Source of the DNA: Tubiluchus corallicola
Taxonomy: Eukaryota > Animalia > Priapulida
NCBI GenBank assembly: GCA_030141605.1
Contig: JAQGDQ010000239.1
Span: 1 to 64,000 of the forward strand
Direction of reading: 5' to 3'
DNA: 64,000 nt
Position 1 is the first letter of the stretch. The number at the start of each line of letters is the position of its first letter. Of this stretch, positions 11,725-24,356 are shown piece by piece. Under the pieces are notes generated by a model. That model made no database searches. It saw nothing but the letters and a program-made list of their open reading frames with translations, and was not told the origin of the DNA. The translations under genes and the position numbers were made by a program.

Positions 11725-12626
11725 CAGTCCTACCTTTGTTATACTGCCCCTTGTTATCACACCAGCTTCGCTATAATGCCAACTTTTAGGTCCAGATTTC
11801 CTTAATATATTAAATATAGGGAATACTGTTAACCTCGCCCACAACCATCCGCCAATGTATCTGCTGTGCAAAAAGTCTATTTTACATAATAAATCTACCC
11901 CATTATACTGCCTGCCAAGATAAAACACAACGATTTGCTACTGAAAAACAACCATTTTATTGTAAAAACAATGATCTCTGAACAGAAAAACAATTACAGT
12001 ATTTAAATTAGGATTTACGTTTTGTACCAAGTGACTGTATAAAAGTGAATGTTGAAGTTTCGAGCAAGGAGCATGCACTTTAACAGTACAAGAGTTGGGT
12101 AACTAATGTTATTTAGCTACTGAGTTACTTAGCTACTAAGGTTACTGAGCCGATGTGAATTTAAATGCTATTAAAGCCACTGTTTGTTAAATTGTTTCAA
12201 CTCACTGTCAAGTTTGTGTGGGGCTATTTATAGTTTTAATTGTCCAATAATGTTATGTTGCAAGCCTGGTGGGTTCCGTGGCTGTGTATTTCTTTTATCA
12301 GCAGTTGGCTTGTTACCAGTATTTCACAAGATTGCGTCTCCACCTTCTGTTATGAAAACTTTTGCAATGTAACATTATAGAATTACACCTGCATTGTAAA
12401 TGCAGCTAAAGTGTGCAGTATAACACTTGTGTTAACTTAGGTAAAAGAGTACTATAGATATAATACACCTAGTTATCATTTATTAAAATTAACTAGTAGA
12501 CAAAATCGAGGTTGTACAGTAGAATGGCATTGATATAAATTTAATGAACCTCGCTTTACCGCCAACTTTGCTATAATGCCATATTTATTGGTGCCTCGAA
12601 CGTGGTGTTATAATGAGGTTTGACTG
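11725..12626. mobile_element. Tc1/pogo (Tigger-like) non-autonomous element
   Basis: TA|CAGTCCTACCT ... AGGTTTGACTG|TA ends, with internal ctataatgcca repeats shared with the copy at 33849. Confidence 0.7.
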
Positions 12627-13452
12627 TACCTTGTTACCAAGTCATTGTAAAAATTTGTTATACTTTTATTATGAATGTTAAAGCAGTAATTTTTTAGTGC
12701 ATAATTTTAAGCTGCAACAAAAATGAGATAACTAATCCGCATGATCTCATCCGTCTGACAAGCAACTTATTAACTTGTTTTCATGTCCAACACGTACACA
12801 TGTGGTATTTGAACTACAGTCATAGTTTGAAACAGATGTAGCAATACAGAGCTTCACTACACTTGTAAATTCTTAATTGATAGTGATCAAACAAAATTAA
12901 GAACAGGAACTGTATATAGGTCCAAAGATCCCAGATTTTGACATGGAAATTAATATCAAAAGATCCATGTACATAAACATGGGAAAAATTAAACAAACAC
13001 GATTCAAATTGACAGGTGCAAAATTCCAAGGCAAGAAATTTCAAATCAAAAGTATATGAACTAAATACAAGTATTTGAATGCAACTAAAGTATCCTTTTG
13101 AGGTAAAATCTAATCCAGTAATAAATGAGAGAAAATGACGTTAATGAATAATAATGAAAAAACATTCCTGATTATGCATTATCAATCTCTCATACAAGGT
13201 AACGACAATAACAACAACACAAATATATGCAGTTAGATTTAAAGTAGTTATTACATCAACATTTTGATAAGTAATTAAACATTTTATGTAAATATGTTTG
13301 TACATGTCATGTCGCTTGTTATTATTGTGTTTATATATAAGTAAATATTACTGTTCAGATGTACAGTATTGGCAAGTCAGTTTTTCACTTTCACTTAGGC
13401 ATAACCTCTCAAGATTATATTTGATATTTTTCTTGGTTTTATTTCAGAAACT

Positions 13453-16400
13453 ATGGCAGAAAGTCATAAGAACAAAATTAATATGGATGATTTTGTCACT
13501 GTTGTCACCTCTTTCAAATGTAAATTCTGCCGTTTTATGAGTCAACATAAAATTGGGTTATATAGTCACATACGTTATTGTCATAAAAATCAACTTGAAG
13601 CTGCGACTGAAGAGTGCAGTGAAACAGCAGGAAAAGGTGATACTGCAACAAGTCACTTGAATGTTACCCAGGAACCTCCAATAGAACCACACCAGGGCCA
13701 AACAACAGTTTCTACCAATTCACCAGTACAATCCTGGAATCAGTCATGGGCAGCTGAACAAAATACACAATATCCTCAGCAGATGTATGCAGTTCATTTG
13801 GAAGTTCCATCACAACTTCAATGGCATGATGCAAATACTCAGGTCATTCTAGGACCAAATCAAAACCAGCAACCCGATTTTCAATTGCAGCACAACAACA
13901 ATGAAGCTCATGTGTCTCAGTCAAGTTTTGTATTAGAATCTGGTACTCCAATACCAAACATATACGGGCAGACCACAACTGCTGCACCAGCATTTGCTGT
14001 GAACCTAGACTATGAAATGAACTGTGATAGACCTACACCTGCAGTACTGTCTTGCACAAGTCTGCCAAGTTCCTCCCAAGCTGCAGAATTTTTCACGAAT
14101 CACAGCAATAATGAGAATGTTAACATCTGCAGTTCAGAAAGTGCTGCTACTGCCGCTCTTGATACAGCTGTTCCATGTGCACCAACATTGGCTGAAAATG
14201 CTTTAAACATGGTCAAAACAAGTACGGGTGTTGATAGTGGTGCACTCACAACAAATTATGATTTTAAGCAGGTATGTACAAAACGCAGTCATGTTTTTCA
14301 CTTTCTTTAAGTGTCAGAAGAGACATGTCAAGTTACCATAAATCTTTCCTTGGTTTTTTATGTATGGGGTGCTCTGTCATTTAATATGGCAAATTGTTTT
14401 TATTAAAGGCATGACTAGTTGACATTACATTAGCCTCACTATTCAACAGTAAATAATGATTTATTAATTTTTCACAGTGTGTCCTTAGTATTAGTAATAC
14501 AAAAATATTGTTGGTCAAATGGCCTAGATCTCCAGATCATTGCAAAAAAAATCTCGACACTTGCTGTTTCAGTCTTGCTCATTGGTCATGAGACATTGGT
14601 TAAGTATTACATTTTGTCCCATTGTCTCAAACTTGTAATTAGTACAAAACTAATATTTTATTATTTATGAGTTGTTGAATAAACCAACCAGTATGTGTTC
14701 AGCTTGATCTGGCACTTGTTGAAGCAAAACAATCTGACATCATTTTGAAGAGATTTGAGACTACAAATCACAAAACCAAGACTGGACCTAACACTTTTAT
14801 TGATAAGCAAAAGCAGCAGTGTGTATTTTACACTAGAGAGAGAAAAACAAAAAGCAGTTTTAGAACAAGTTTTGGCAGTCACTAATATGCCAGACCTACA
14901 AGAATGATTTCTTGGACAGAAAAAAATGGTAGCCATGAATGAGATTCTGCAACACACTTGAAACTAAGCACATTCGAGATAGGTCAGCACCATTAACTAT
15001 CATGAAATCGGCAAACAGAAAAGTATTGTGCAAATGCTGTTAGATGTGACCATCAAGGAAACGAGGGATCATGTCCAGCAAATAAATCAGAGTGTAATTT
15101 TTTGTGGTAAGATTGGACACTGGAAAAGACTGTGTTTCCACAAAAGCAGAGGCAGAAGTAAACAGAGCACAAAATCACCAAAAGGGGTTAGTAACAAAAG
15201 AAAAAACATGCTGTCACCAATGAAGAGTACATAGAAATCAATAGATGCTCAAGAGAAAGTCTTATACCACATTGAACAGTTGGACTGTCAGAAAACTTAT
15301 TCCAGCACTGACCTGTCATCATATAAATATGGAGTCATTGAAATCAATTAAATTATTTTTTTACTTTTATTTTAACATACAGACATGCAGTGGCGTCTCA
15401 TAGCTAAAATTAGTGGGGATGCTGCTTCAGAAAATTTTTAACCCTTGTTTTAATATTGTGTAAAACAAAACAAACATATAAAAAGAAAATTTATCATAAA
15501 TTTGATAAAATCCTAAACAAAAAAATATTTTTACGTACTAATAGCCTAAATTGTTACAGTTCAAGTTAAATTAATCTAATTAATTAATTTATTAAGTTGA
15601 TTTAAGTTTAAATTGAATTTATTTAAAAACGGAATCCATTATTCTTGTTTTACTTTGCACGAAAAGATTAATAATTTTCTCCTTGATCGACACTGCGTGA
15701 GCAACAGTGCTCCCTCTTCCTAGCATGCAGCGTCTTATCTCAGACATGTGCACATGGCCGCTTGCGCACAACAGCCAAACACCACCTTGGAAGGATCTGT
15801 AACACCGAATGTCAAGCTGATAGTATACAATGGTGTGTACCTAAAGTGCTTTGAAGCCATGGACATGCAATGCAGATACAAACAGCAGTGGGTGCGAAGT
15901 AGATTTTTCGTCGTTAATGTTACCGAACATGCTGTCATAGCTATTGCAAGCATGTGCACATTATTTAAATCGTCACAGTACACTGTGGTATCGAAAGACA
16001 CATGCAGTATAAACAGAAATCAGGATTTAAAGAAAAAGCAGTTTGACAGATTTGCAAACTGACAACAAAGCACGTTTGTATCTTAAGAGAGCAGAGTGCT
16101 ATTTATCGATATGCCATGCTACTGGTGTAAACTATCACCATTCCATAAAAGATGGTTCTATCAAAGTGCCTTGACCTAAGGAAGTTCAACTTCATCATTG
16201 GGTCGATGTTCTCAGAGTCAACTAACAAGTGAAGAAATGAGCCATAATTCTGGTGCTTTGGTGCCTACTTTTTTTGTAAAAGTGGCATCTTTTATAAAAG
16301 TGACTAATATTTTTACAAAATTAGTGGCCCAATTATTTTACAAAAGCAGGAAATTTTTTGAAAAAATAGTAGTCTCTGGTTTTACAAATGTGAGCAGGAT

Positions 16401-19400
16401 TTGTTTTACAAAATTAGAGACATTTTTACAAAGCAGTTATTTTTTACAAAAGTAGTATCTTTTATAAACTTTGTAATTCTTGCAATTTAGGTTGCAACCC
16501 AGCACTACATTGTGCAATGTAATGCTGTTACACCTGTTGCCAGAACGCCACTGATAATGAAGTGTCACCGCTATGTAGGTGTGAATTGTATGTAGTGCCA
16601 CTACTACCCTACACTTCTGACGATATGCTTTGCTGTCTAAGCAGATTTATGAATAGTAAGCCACGTGTCCCTCCTACACTTACAGTTAATACACTACATT
16701 CTTTACACATTATGTGACTACTGCAGCTAGCAGACAACTTTGATTCTTTTGTGCACTTGTACTTACGTGTAGTTAACTTCTCTGACAACACTTTACCATA
16801 AAATTGGCCACTAAACAACATTCAGTATGCATACAGTAGTGTACAACTGTCTTCTGTTTTCTATTTGTTCTGTTTTAAAGGATACGTGATACATATAATT
16901 TATGACTCAATATATGCAAAACTTTGCAAAGTGAAAATAAAAATAGCCTACTTATATTTCATCACTATTGACGGTATGACTGTTTATAAGACTACTTGCA
17001 AAGCTATTTAATTCCTTGTGACCTACCAATACAGACTATACAGTAAAAAGCTATTAAGCTAAAAGCAACTTATATCAAAAGGGTCTGGCGGGCTACTGGG
17101 CAATCTGGAAGTTTCTGGTTCAGACCGATATTCAGTGCTGACTTTTCTTTCCACTAAATTTAGATTAGAAATGTAATTGTAGGCTCATTGCACATCAGTA
17201 CTTATTTATATTTTGGGTGCTGGGTAGGATTGGTCATCCGATGAACTGCTGGAAAAATTGCTTAGCAGTTAGCTCCAATAGATATCAGCTGATTTATCAT
17301 CATGATTCATGAGTACAGCTGTTGGCTTTTCAGCAAACTGCAGTCACGGTTTAAACAATAATTTTTATTTTACATACTACCATATTATTCAATACTTATT
17401 TAAACTGTGCTGCGGTGTTAGGAAACCATATACTACAAGTTTTTAATGCATTGGTGACGTTGTCCCGGGGGCTTGTTCAGAGCTACTTAATTAGCACTTA
17501 CATTAATTAATTCACCAAGATAATGATAGCAGAAGTTGCATCATTTATTTTTTGTCACTCTATCACAATCCAAGTCCCTATCCGTTTTCGCTGAGCAATA
17601 GCATATGATGGAACCGCACACTTTGCTAATTCACCAAATGATATGCCTATCACCTGTAAACTTTTTCTGTGATCACTACCTGCCCAGAAAGTTATTGTGG
17701 ACTAAGTTAATGTTACGTAAAATATTAATAATTTGTATGCCAGACCATGAATATACTCTTAACCTGAATAAATAATTAAATTGTTACAAGTCATATAGAG
17801 TCTTATTTTTAGAAATGTGTCTGTTTTGGTTTATTCAAGAAACTGCAATACTGCAATTATTATTAATAACATCATGATTATCTTCATTATCATAACCATT
17901 ATATATCTATAAACATGCTTATGTTCTTAATAAACGATGCAGAGTTTTACCTGGAGAAATCAATGATGTGTTGGAGTGAAGCTAACTAAATTTTTGCCCA
18001 TAGTTTTCTTTGTTTTGGTACATAACCAGTTGTACAAACATAAACATAAAAGTTTATCTCTGGTTTGATCAATAACCATCTGGTGGTGAACTATTGAAGT
18101 GATGATTATTGGACAACTTGTAGTTTCACTCAGTGATTTTACTTTAATGAAGTGTACAAAGTGTAGCTTAAAAATTAGTTTTGAGTCGTTCAGTCAAAAT
18201 TAGACAAATAAATGGGGCTAGTTTCTATACTGGACTGTAATTTTAAGTATTGTGGTCTTATGCTTTGCTGGTAATTTATTGATTTTATATTTGTATAGAA
18301 AGACACAGAGAATCGTGAAAGAACTGCCGTGACTCACAATCAAGACGACATTGCTCTTCCACAGAGTGACACTACTGAAATAGAAGAGACTAGGGCAAAC
18401 CCAGAAGCTGATCCTATTGAACTAGAAAAAGAGCCAGCGGCAAACTCAGGACATGATTCTACTGAACTAGTTGAAGAGCAAGTAACAAGTTTGTGTGATG
18501 ACCCTACTGAACTCCCTACAGAGCCAGTAAAAACTTCAGGTGGTGATCCTACAGAACTAGAAAAAGGGTTGGAAACAAACCGGAGTGACACGCTTTACAT
18601 CTGTGGAATATGCTCTGCTGAATTTGAGAACCGAGAAGTCTGTTCAAAACATGTTGTATGTATTGTAACTTTTGTAGTCAATTGATTACAAAAAATTTGT
18701 TTCAGCTTGTAATACTGTTACCTTAATTTTTTTTGTTCACAACACATAAGTGTCCCTGAAACTGGAAAAGGAAGCTAGTGAGGCAAACAATCTTGGAAGT
18801 TACTTTACCAAGAATTAGTAATGTTCAGCGTCAAGTAAACAAGATTTGGTATATATTTATTCTATGCCTACTGTAATTTTTTATGTCTATATTTTTTCAG
18901 AATGAACATACTGATGCTTCTGATGTAGATTCAGGAGCCGAGAAAGCAACGCAAACAAAACCGTTAAACAAAGAACTTTCAAAACGCAAAAAGAAGCAAG
19001 CTACTAAAAGTGACTCGGATAGTGACACGGATGCTGAATCCTCAAAAGAGGTAAAGAAGTGGGCAAGAGGCACCTATATTGATCCTACAATTTTGTGGAA
19101 TTATTCCTGCAAGCTAGCACCATGTAAAGCCATATTTAGAGAGAAAAAACAACTTGTTTATCACAAAAAATGCCATAGTAGCAACACCGAGTATGTGTGC
19201 CCTGAATGTAATGAATTTTCAACTAGCCGATGGCGAGTCTTCCAGAATCACCTGTGGGTTAAGCACAAAGTAGATTCTGGTCTTTACAACTGCAGTTACT
19301 GTGAATACAAGACTGAAAGTGCAACTTACTTCATGAAAGTTCATTTACCTTCGCATGGCACAGAACGACCATTTCGCTGCAGGCAGTGCAACAAAGGTTT

Positions 19401-20280
19401 CAAAAATCAACATTTACGACAACAGCATGAAAGCAATGTGCATGGCATTGGTCGCCGAGCACATGCCGTCAGAAGAGTGCCTGCTACATGTGATAAGTGT
19501 CATAAACAGTTTGCAGATAAAAACAGCTTACGAAAGCATTACAGTGCTATTCACCTAGACCATAAGCCTCATAAATGCCATCATTGTGATTATGCCACCA
19601 CTAGAAACAATAGACTGCTGTCACATATTAGGACACATACTGGAGAAAAACCTTTTAAATGTACTGAGTGTGACTTTCGCACATATGAAAACCGTAATTT
19701 GGTTCGCCATGCCAAGAGGCACAGTGGTGAAAAACCTTACAAGTGTTCTTATTGTTCTTATGCTTGTATCCAATCAACTGCTTTTAAAACACACTTGAGA
19801 ACCAAACATGCAGGTGTACCATTAGCTTACAATTGTTTATATTGTGCTTTTCGATGCATGACGCTAAGCCGCATTCATGAACATATCGCAAAAAGCCATC
19901 CACAAAGACCGCAACCTGACGCATCAGAAGTTGCCGTCATGCAGAAGGAAGTTGTACATGTCGAAATTGCCCAGGAAACAGCAGAAACATTAGCTAGTCT
20001 TGCCGCTAGTGGAAATAATCAGACACATATGGCTGTTGAACAAATAGAACAAGTAGTGGATACTCAACATAGTGATTCGACAAGTCAAGGTGGTAATAAT
20101 ATACAGTTATATACAGATCACATTGACATGGCTATGTATGTGCCTGCTGTAAATGCTTTACTTTCTGAAGCAAATGGACAAGTTCAGCAACAGGTATATC
20201 AACCAGATGTTGCCATAAATAATGAATCATTTGATAGTGCATCTGCCACACAAGTAGTGTACCTCATACAACCTACATAG
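13453..20280 (+). CDS. Multi-C2H2 zinc-finger protein (~851 aa, 11 fingers); coding exons 13453-14271, 18299-18655, 18901-20280
   Basis: Two phase-0 GT-AG introns join three long ORFs. The finger CGIC...KHV|NEH is completed only across the second intron. TGEKPF/SGEKPY linkers are present, with 9 clustered fingers in the last exon. Confidence 0.9.
14700..15234 (+). mobile_element. Decayed LTR-retrotransposon (Gypsy-like) gag fragment
   Basis: Frameshifted CCHC knuckle ..C..FCGKIGHWKRLC preceded by a RC...H.CPANKSEC-like half. No intact ORF. Confidence 0.5.
15388..16553. mobile_element. Possible old hAT-type element or pair of hAT ends
   Basis: CAGTGGCGT at 15388 and ACGCCACTG ending at 16553; a similar end occurs at ~35194. 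No matching TSD was found. Confidence 0.35.
16268..16470. repeat. Degenerate minisatellite of TTTTACAAAA-type motifs
   Basis: About 10 copies of tttt(a/g)(c/t)aaa(a) spaced roughly 18-25 bp apart. Confidence 0.75.
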
Positions 20281-21691
20281 GGTGTGCAAATTTTGACTAG
20301 CCCATCTTAACTGCTACATGTACTATAACATTAACATTAGCTTGGCAGATTGCAAGCCATAATATATAACATTCATAACAACAAGGTATACATACTATAC
20401 TGATGGGTTGTTGCCTCAGAATCGAGACTTATCTACTTGTCAAAAATGACCATTAAAGAGATATACTGGATGGCAGAAGTACCTTAACAATGTTTAGATT
20501 TATGTACAATCGTACATCTTTCCTTGAACTAGATAAATGGGCTGTGGCAGTATGGCAGAAGAAATTTCAGAAGCTCACTTCCTTATAGGCAATATATCCA
20601 ATCCATCCATTTATTGACAAGGCCCAATGCTGTTCACTTTTGATCACTAAAAGTACCCCTGCTGTATTTCCTTCACCCTGAGGAAATATATTTATCTAGG
20701 CAACTGAAATCATTTGCTATGTCAGTTTTACACAAAATTTTGTCAGCATGACTCGTGCATCTGCCAACGGTAAAAGTGCAGTCCAGATTCTAAATTGGGT
20801 CACCACATTTGAAGTGAACAGTGCTTGAGCTTCCAAATAGGAAAGCATGTCTTGAAAATTCTTGACCATCACTTCCTTTAACATTTCTACCATACACGCA
20901 GTTTTGTTTGTTTATGTACTATTCTCTGATTAATATATATACATATATAATTGTACACGTACATTGTACACATACGTAAAAGTTAAAAATTGATGTTGTT
21001 ACAGAAATTTATGTCTTTTTGCATTGTTTTTATCCTTCTTTCTTTGTACTAATAAAACAAATGTTAAAGAGAAACCACTTGGAAAAATGTCAATTGGTTA
21101 ATTGGCAAAGACCTCTGAAGCCACTACAGTAAACTCTTTAAAATTGGGAATATCATTCATCTCAGATTCGAAGAACGGATTTGTTTCTATGTATTTAAAG
21201 CTTAAAGCAGTCACAAAACTCAGTATATTACTAAATTCGGCATATTTCAGGTGAACAATTTATGCCAAACCCGTTGTATTACCCTGGTTGTCAGTACAAT
21301 AAATAAGCGCTATCATGCTGATCTCATTAGTAGGGGTGTAAAACAATCAGAAAACTAATCAATAGATACTTATGGGTATTTTATGCATGTGACATGTTTA
21401 TATTGCTTTGTTTCCTGAGGAATTTGCATACCCGCAATTCATTGATTCTACCACTTTAATTATATGACAAAGCAGAAAATTTTGACTGCAACATTGTTTC
21501 TCTGACTTCCGTAGGTTTCAGTAGACCCTGACTACTTAGCTATGGTGTGGTGGGTGTTAGCCATTAGTGCTAATTAGATTATATTTGATTTTATAAATAG
21601 ATTATTCAAAACAAATTGAGACAGTCAACAATTATTTCACAGCAAAGTAAGTAACATCCAGCACCCACTTAAGCAACGACGTGGCTTTTAT

Positions 21692-21960
21692 TCACCACCT
21701 GTAATGTTTTGAGGCCAATGTTGCAGGAATTTGTGTCATGTTTGAATAATAGCTACTGCATGTCCTTGCATGGCATGTGCTAGCTTTCGTTTTCGCCATC
21801 AAACTAAGTAACATTTGCGATGACGCACAATCCCGTTTCAATAAATAGTTACACGTAAGCATACAGTGCATCCACCGAGGATTGAATGCGCAAGTATGCG
21901 TCTTTGCTGAACTACCACAATTTCTTTGGCCCCTAACCATCTGTTTACTGTTTCTTAGTG
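21692..21960 (-). mobile_element. hAT (Charlie/Buster-like) transposase relic
   Basis: MVRGQRN...AK...NPRWMHCML resembles the hAT AMxG...WxHCxxH block; heavily decayed. Confidence 0.4.
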
Positions 21961-23369
21961 CCGACAGTGAGAGAATCGCGCTAGCATTGAGCCAAAAAAG
22001 AGCAAGTAAATTTTATGAATTGTTATATAACCTTGATAACATTTGCTCAAGGTTTCTGTTTTTCACTTGCATCCCTAACAAGCGATAACATTTGGTGCAT
22101 TAGGAATTCACTTCTGCGAAGCTTTTCCATCCTATTAAGCGAAACTATAGCAGAGAATTGAACCATTTCTACCACTAGGTAAACTAGGCAGTTGCCTAGG
22201 GTGCAAAATTCTAGAAATAATTCTTTAACTAAACTGCCTTTTAAGTTTGCATATAAGTAATAACATAGTGTATGTATAACTGCTCAAGTGCACAACACTT
22301 TAATTAAAACTACTACTTTAATTAAGTGCACTACTTGCGTCATTTTCTTGTTAAAATGTACAATTCATCGATGCTAACACAGTGTCTTCTCGCAATAAAA
22401 CATTTTCTACTTTGGCTTCCTAATATTATGTCATATCACGCAGATGTTACTGACGCGCTACCATGCTTTCAGCCCAAAGTTTATACTGTGCGCATAGAGT
22501 AGTAATTACTTTTTCTGTTAACAAAAACACTTTATCTAACAAAAAATTTGCTATTGAAAAATCTTCGTTATGGCAGGTAAACCCACAACAGGCATGGAAT
22601 AGCAGAAAGATTTGCTAATGAGAAGCATCTGCAACTAGATGAGACTTATTGTTGTAAAGATAAAACTAGTGAAATGAATGTAAAAAGAGGAGTTAATGTT
22701 TCAGAAATTTAGTGATGAAAAGCCTGAGGGAAAAACTAGCTAAGTAATAAATGTGTTTCAAAAATTTGCAGTTAAAGAAAAACTATTATGCAGGTTAGCA
22801 CAACCATCAAATGTTTATGCATGTTAGGACAACATCAAATGCCAGTGAAAAGGCAAACGTGCATGACTTCATCAATCGGAAAGTACTTTTTAATCTAGTA
22901 TTTTGTTGGAAAGCAAAAGTACCCAAATTTAGCAGTAACCAACATGTTAGGTGACTGTTATATTTTATCTGCATAATACATCTGCTATTAGTCTGCAAAA
23001 CCTGCGGTAAGTATACTCGTTTGTAAAATATACCAACAGTAAAATTCAATAAAAAAACTAGACAATAGGCAAATAACTTTAAACCATAACTCTGCTGTAT
23101 TTTACAAGGAGTGCATTAAAAGCTATACTTTTAATTAGGAAAAACGAGTAGACTTGTCTTAAGTCAAAGAAATTAAGAGCTTTCTGAGAGATTGATTAAC
23201 ATTTCCACATCAGATTTGTTAAACATTTACTCTATATGTTACATTACCCTAGAAGACATCTATATATTTATGCAGGATTGTCAGTATTTCATGGTTGAAA
23301 AAGTCCAAAAGTTGCTAAGGTATTATGCTTCTACAAAAGTACAGTTCAACTAACAATTAGGTACACATA

Positions 23370-24056
23370 TCATACACGTCGTTTTTCCTGGCTTGGCTTT
23401 TGTTCCATTAATATATACAAAAATGATACTAGATTATTAATAATATAGCCACAAAGAAGACCTATTACACAAGTGAAAGGCCACTGTTGCCACGGTCGAT
23501 CCCAGTCTAGCGGTATAGGTATTGCTCCACACCATGCACCAAGTATCACAATAAAACACTGTAAGCGTAAGCAAGGCATTTTGCTGTTTTCCGATCCGCC
23601 TTCCAGAATATCTAAAACAACTTTAGTCACTGGTCTGTGCAAGCATCGCGCATGCGATGCAACTGGCAAGAAAAGCAGAGCTGAAAATATAAGAGCAAAC
23701 CACAAAGTTTCTTCTGTCTTTTCCCATAAAGGCGCACCAAACAGTACAGCTATGATATATAAAACTACTGTACCAAGCACAAAAATTAAGAACAAGACTG
23801 ACACAGAATATAACACCGATGTTACTCCAAGATAGGATTTGTCTTGCGAACTAATTTTAGAAAGTACATAACCTTTGTTAGGAACTTTGATAAAAATTAT
23901 GGTGTGGCAAACAAACTGCCATATCACCATGGACGTGATGCACCAAGCGAGAGTTTTATATTCCCCAACAACCAAAGTGCTACAATGATAAACACCTAAA
24001 CAAATTGAAATGATTTGCAAAAACAGGTTAACAATGTTTTCAAGTGATGCATGCAT
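23370..24056 (-). CDS. PIGF: Phosphatidylinositol glycan anchor biosynthesis class F protein (228 aa from the first ATG), intronless CDS
   Basis: Hydrophobic multi-TM ORF with the PIG-F/Gpi11 signatures AVLFGAPL..ET and GAWCGAIPIPLDWDRPWQQWP. The first in-frame ATG is at 24056; the ORF track's GTG start at 24089 is unlikely. Confidence 0.93.
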   Translation of the reverse strand: MHASLENIVNLFLQIISICLGVYHCSTLVVGEYKTLAWCITSMVIWQFVCHTIIFIKVPNKGYVLSKISSQDKSYLGVTSVLYSVSVLFLIFVLGTVVLYIIAVLFGAPLWEKTEETLWFALIFSALLFLPVASHARCLHRPVTKVVLDILEGGSENSKMPCLRLQCFIVILGAWCGAIPIPLDWDRPWQQWPFTCVIGLLCGYIINNLVSFLYILMEQKPSQEKRRV

Positions 24057-24356
24057 TAGCGTACTGAATAAAGGAACATGAAGTAGCACGTCTGCCTACA
24101 AGTACCTGTATATATAGTTAAACAAAGGACTACATTAACTTTCTGATATTCTAAAATTTATTTTCTTGAGCAGAAAATTCCAACTTAGGTCTCATGATAA
24201 AATCTGAAATCACCAATAAAATGACAAATACTGTATTCATACAAAATAAAAACAGCAAAATCATACATTAAAGTCATATAGCTAACAGCTTTCCTGCTTA
24301 AGTCATTTGCATAATGACACCAGACAAACTTGAAAAAATCTTTTAAGTGACCGTTA

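Noticed and set aside
20722-20893. ~58-codon minus-strand ORF in the ZNF 3' region
   Set aside because: No recognisable motif or splice support; expected by chance.
23473-23835. 120-aa plus-strand ORF
   Set aside because: Antisense shadow of PIG-F; likewise 42563-44220 are shadows of the LINE and 18340-18591 of the ZNF exon.
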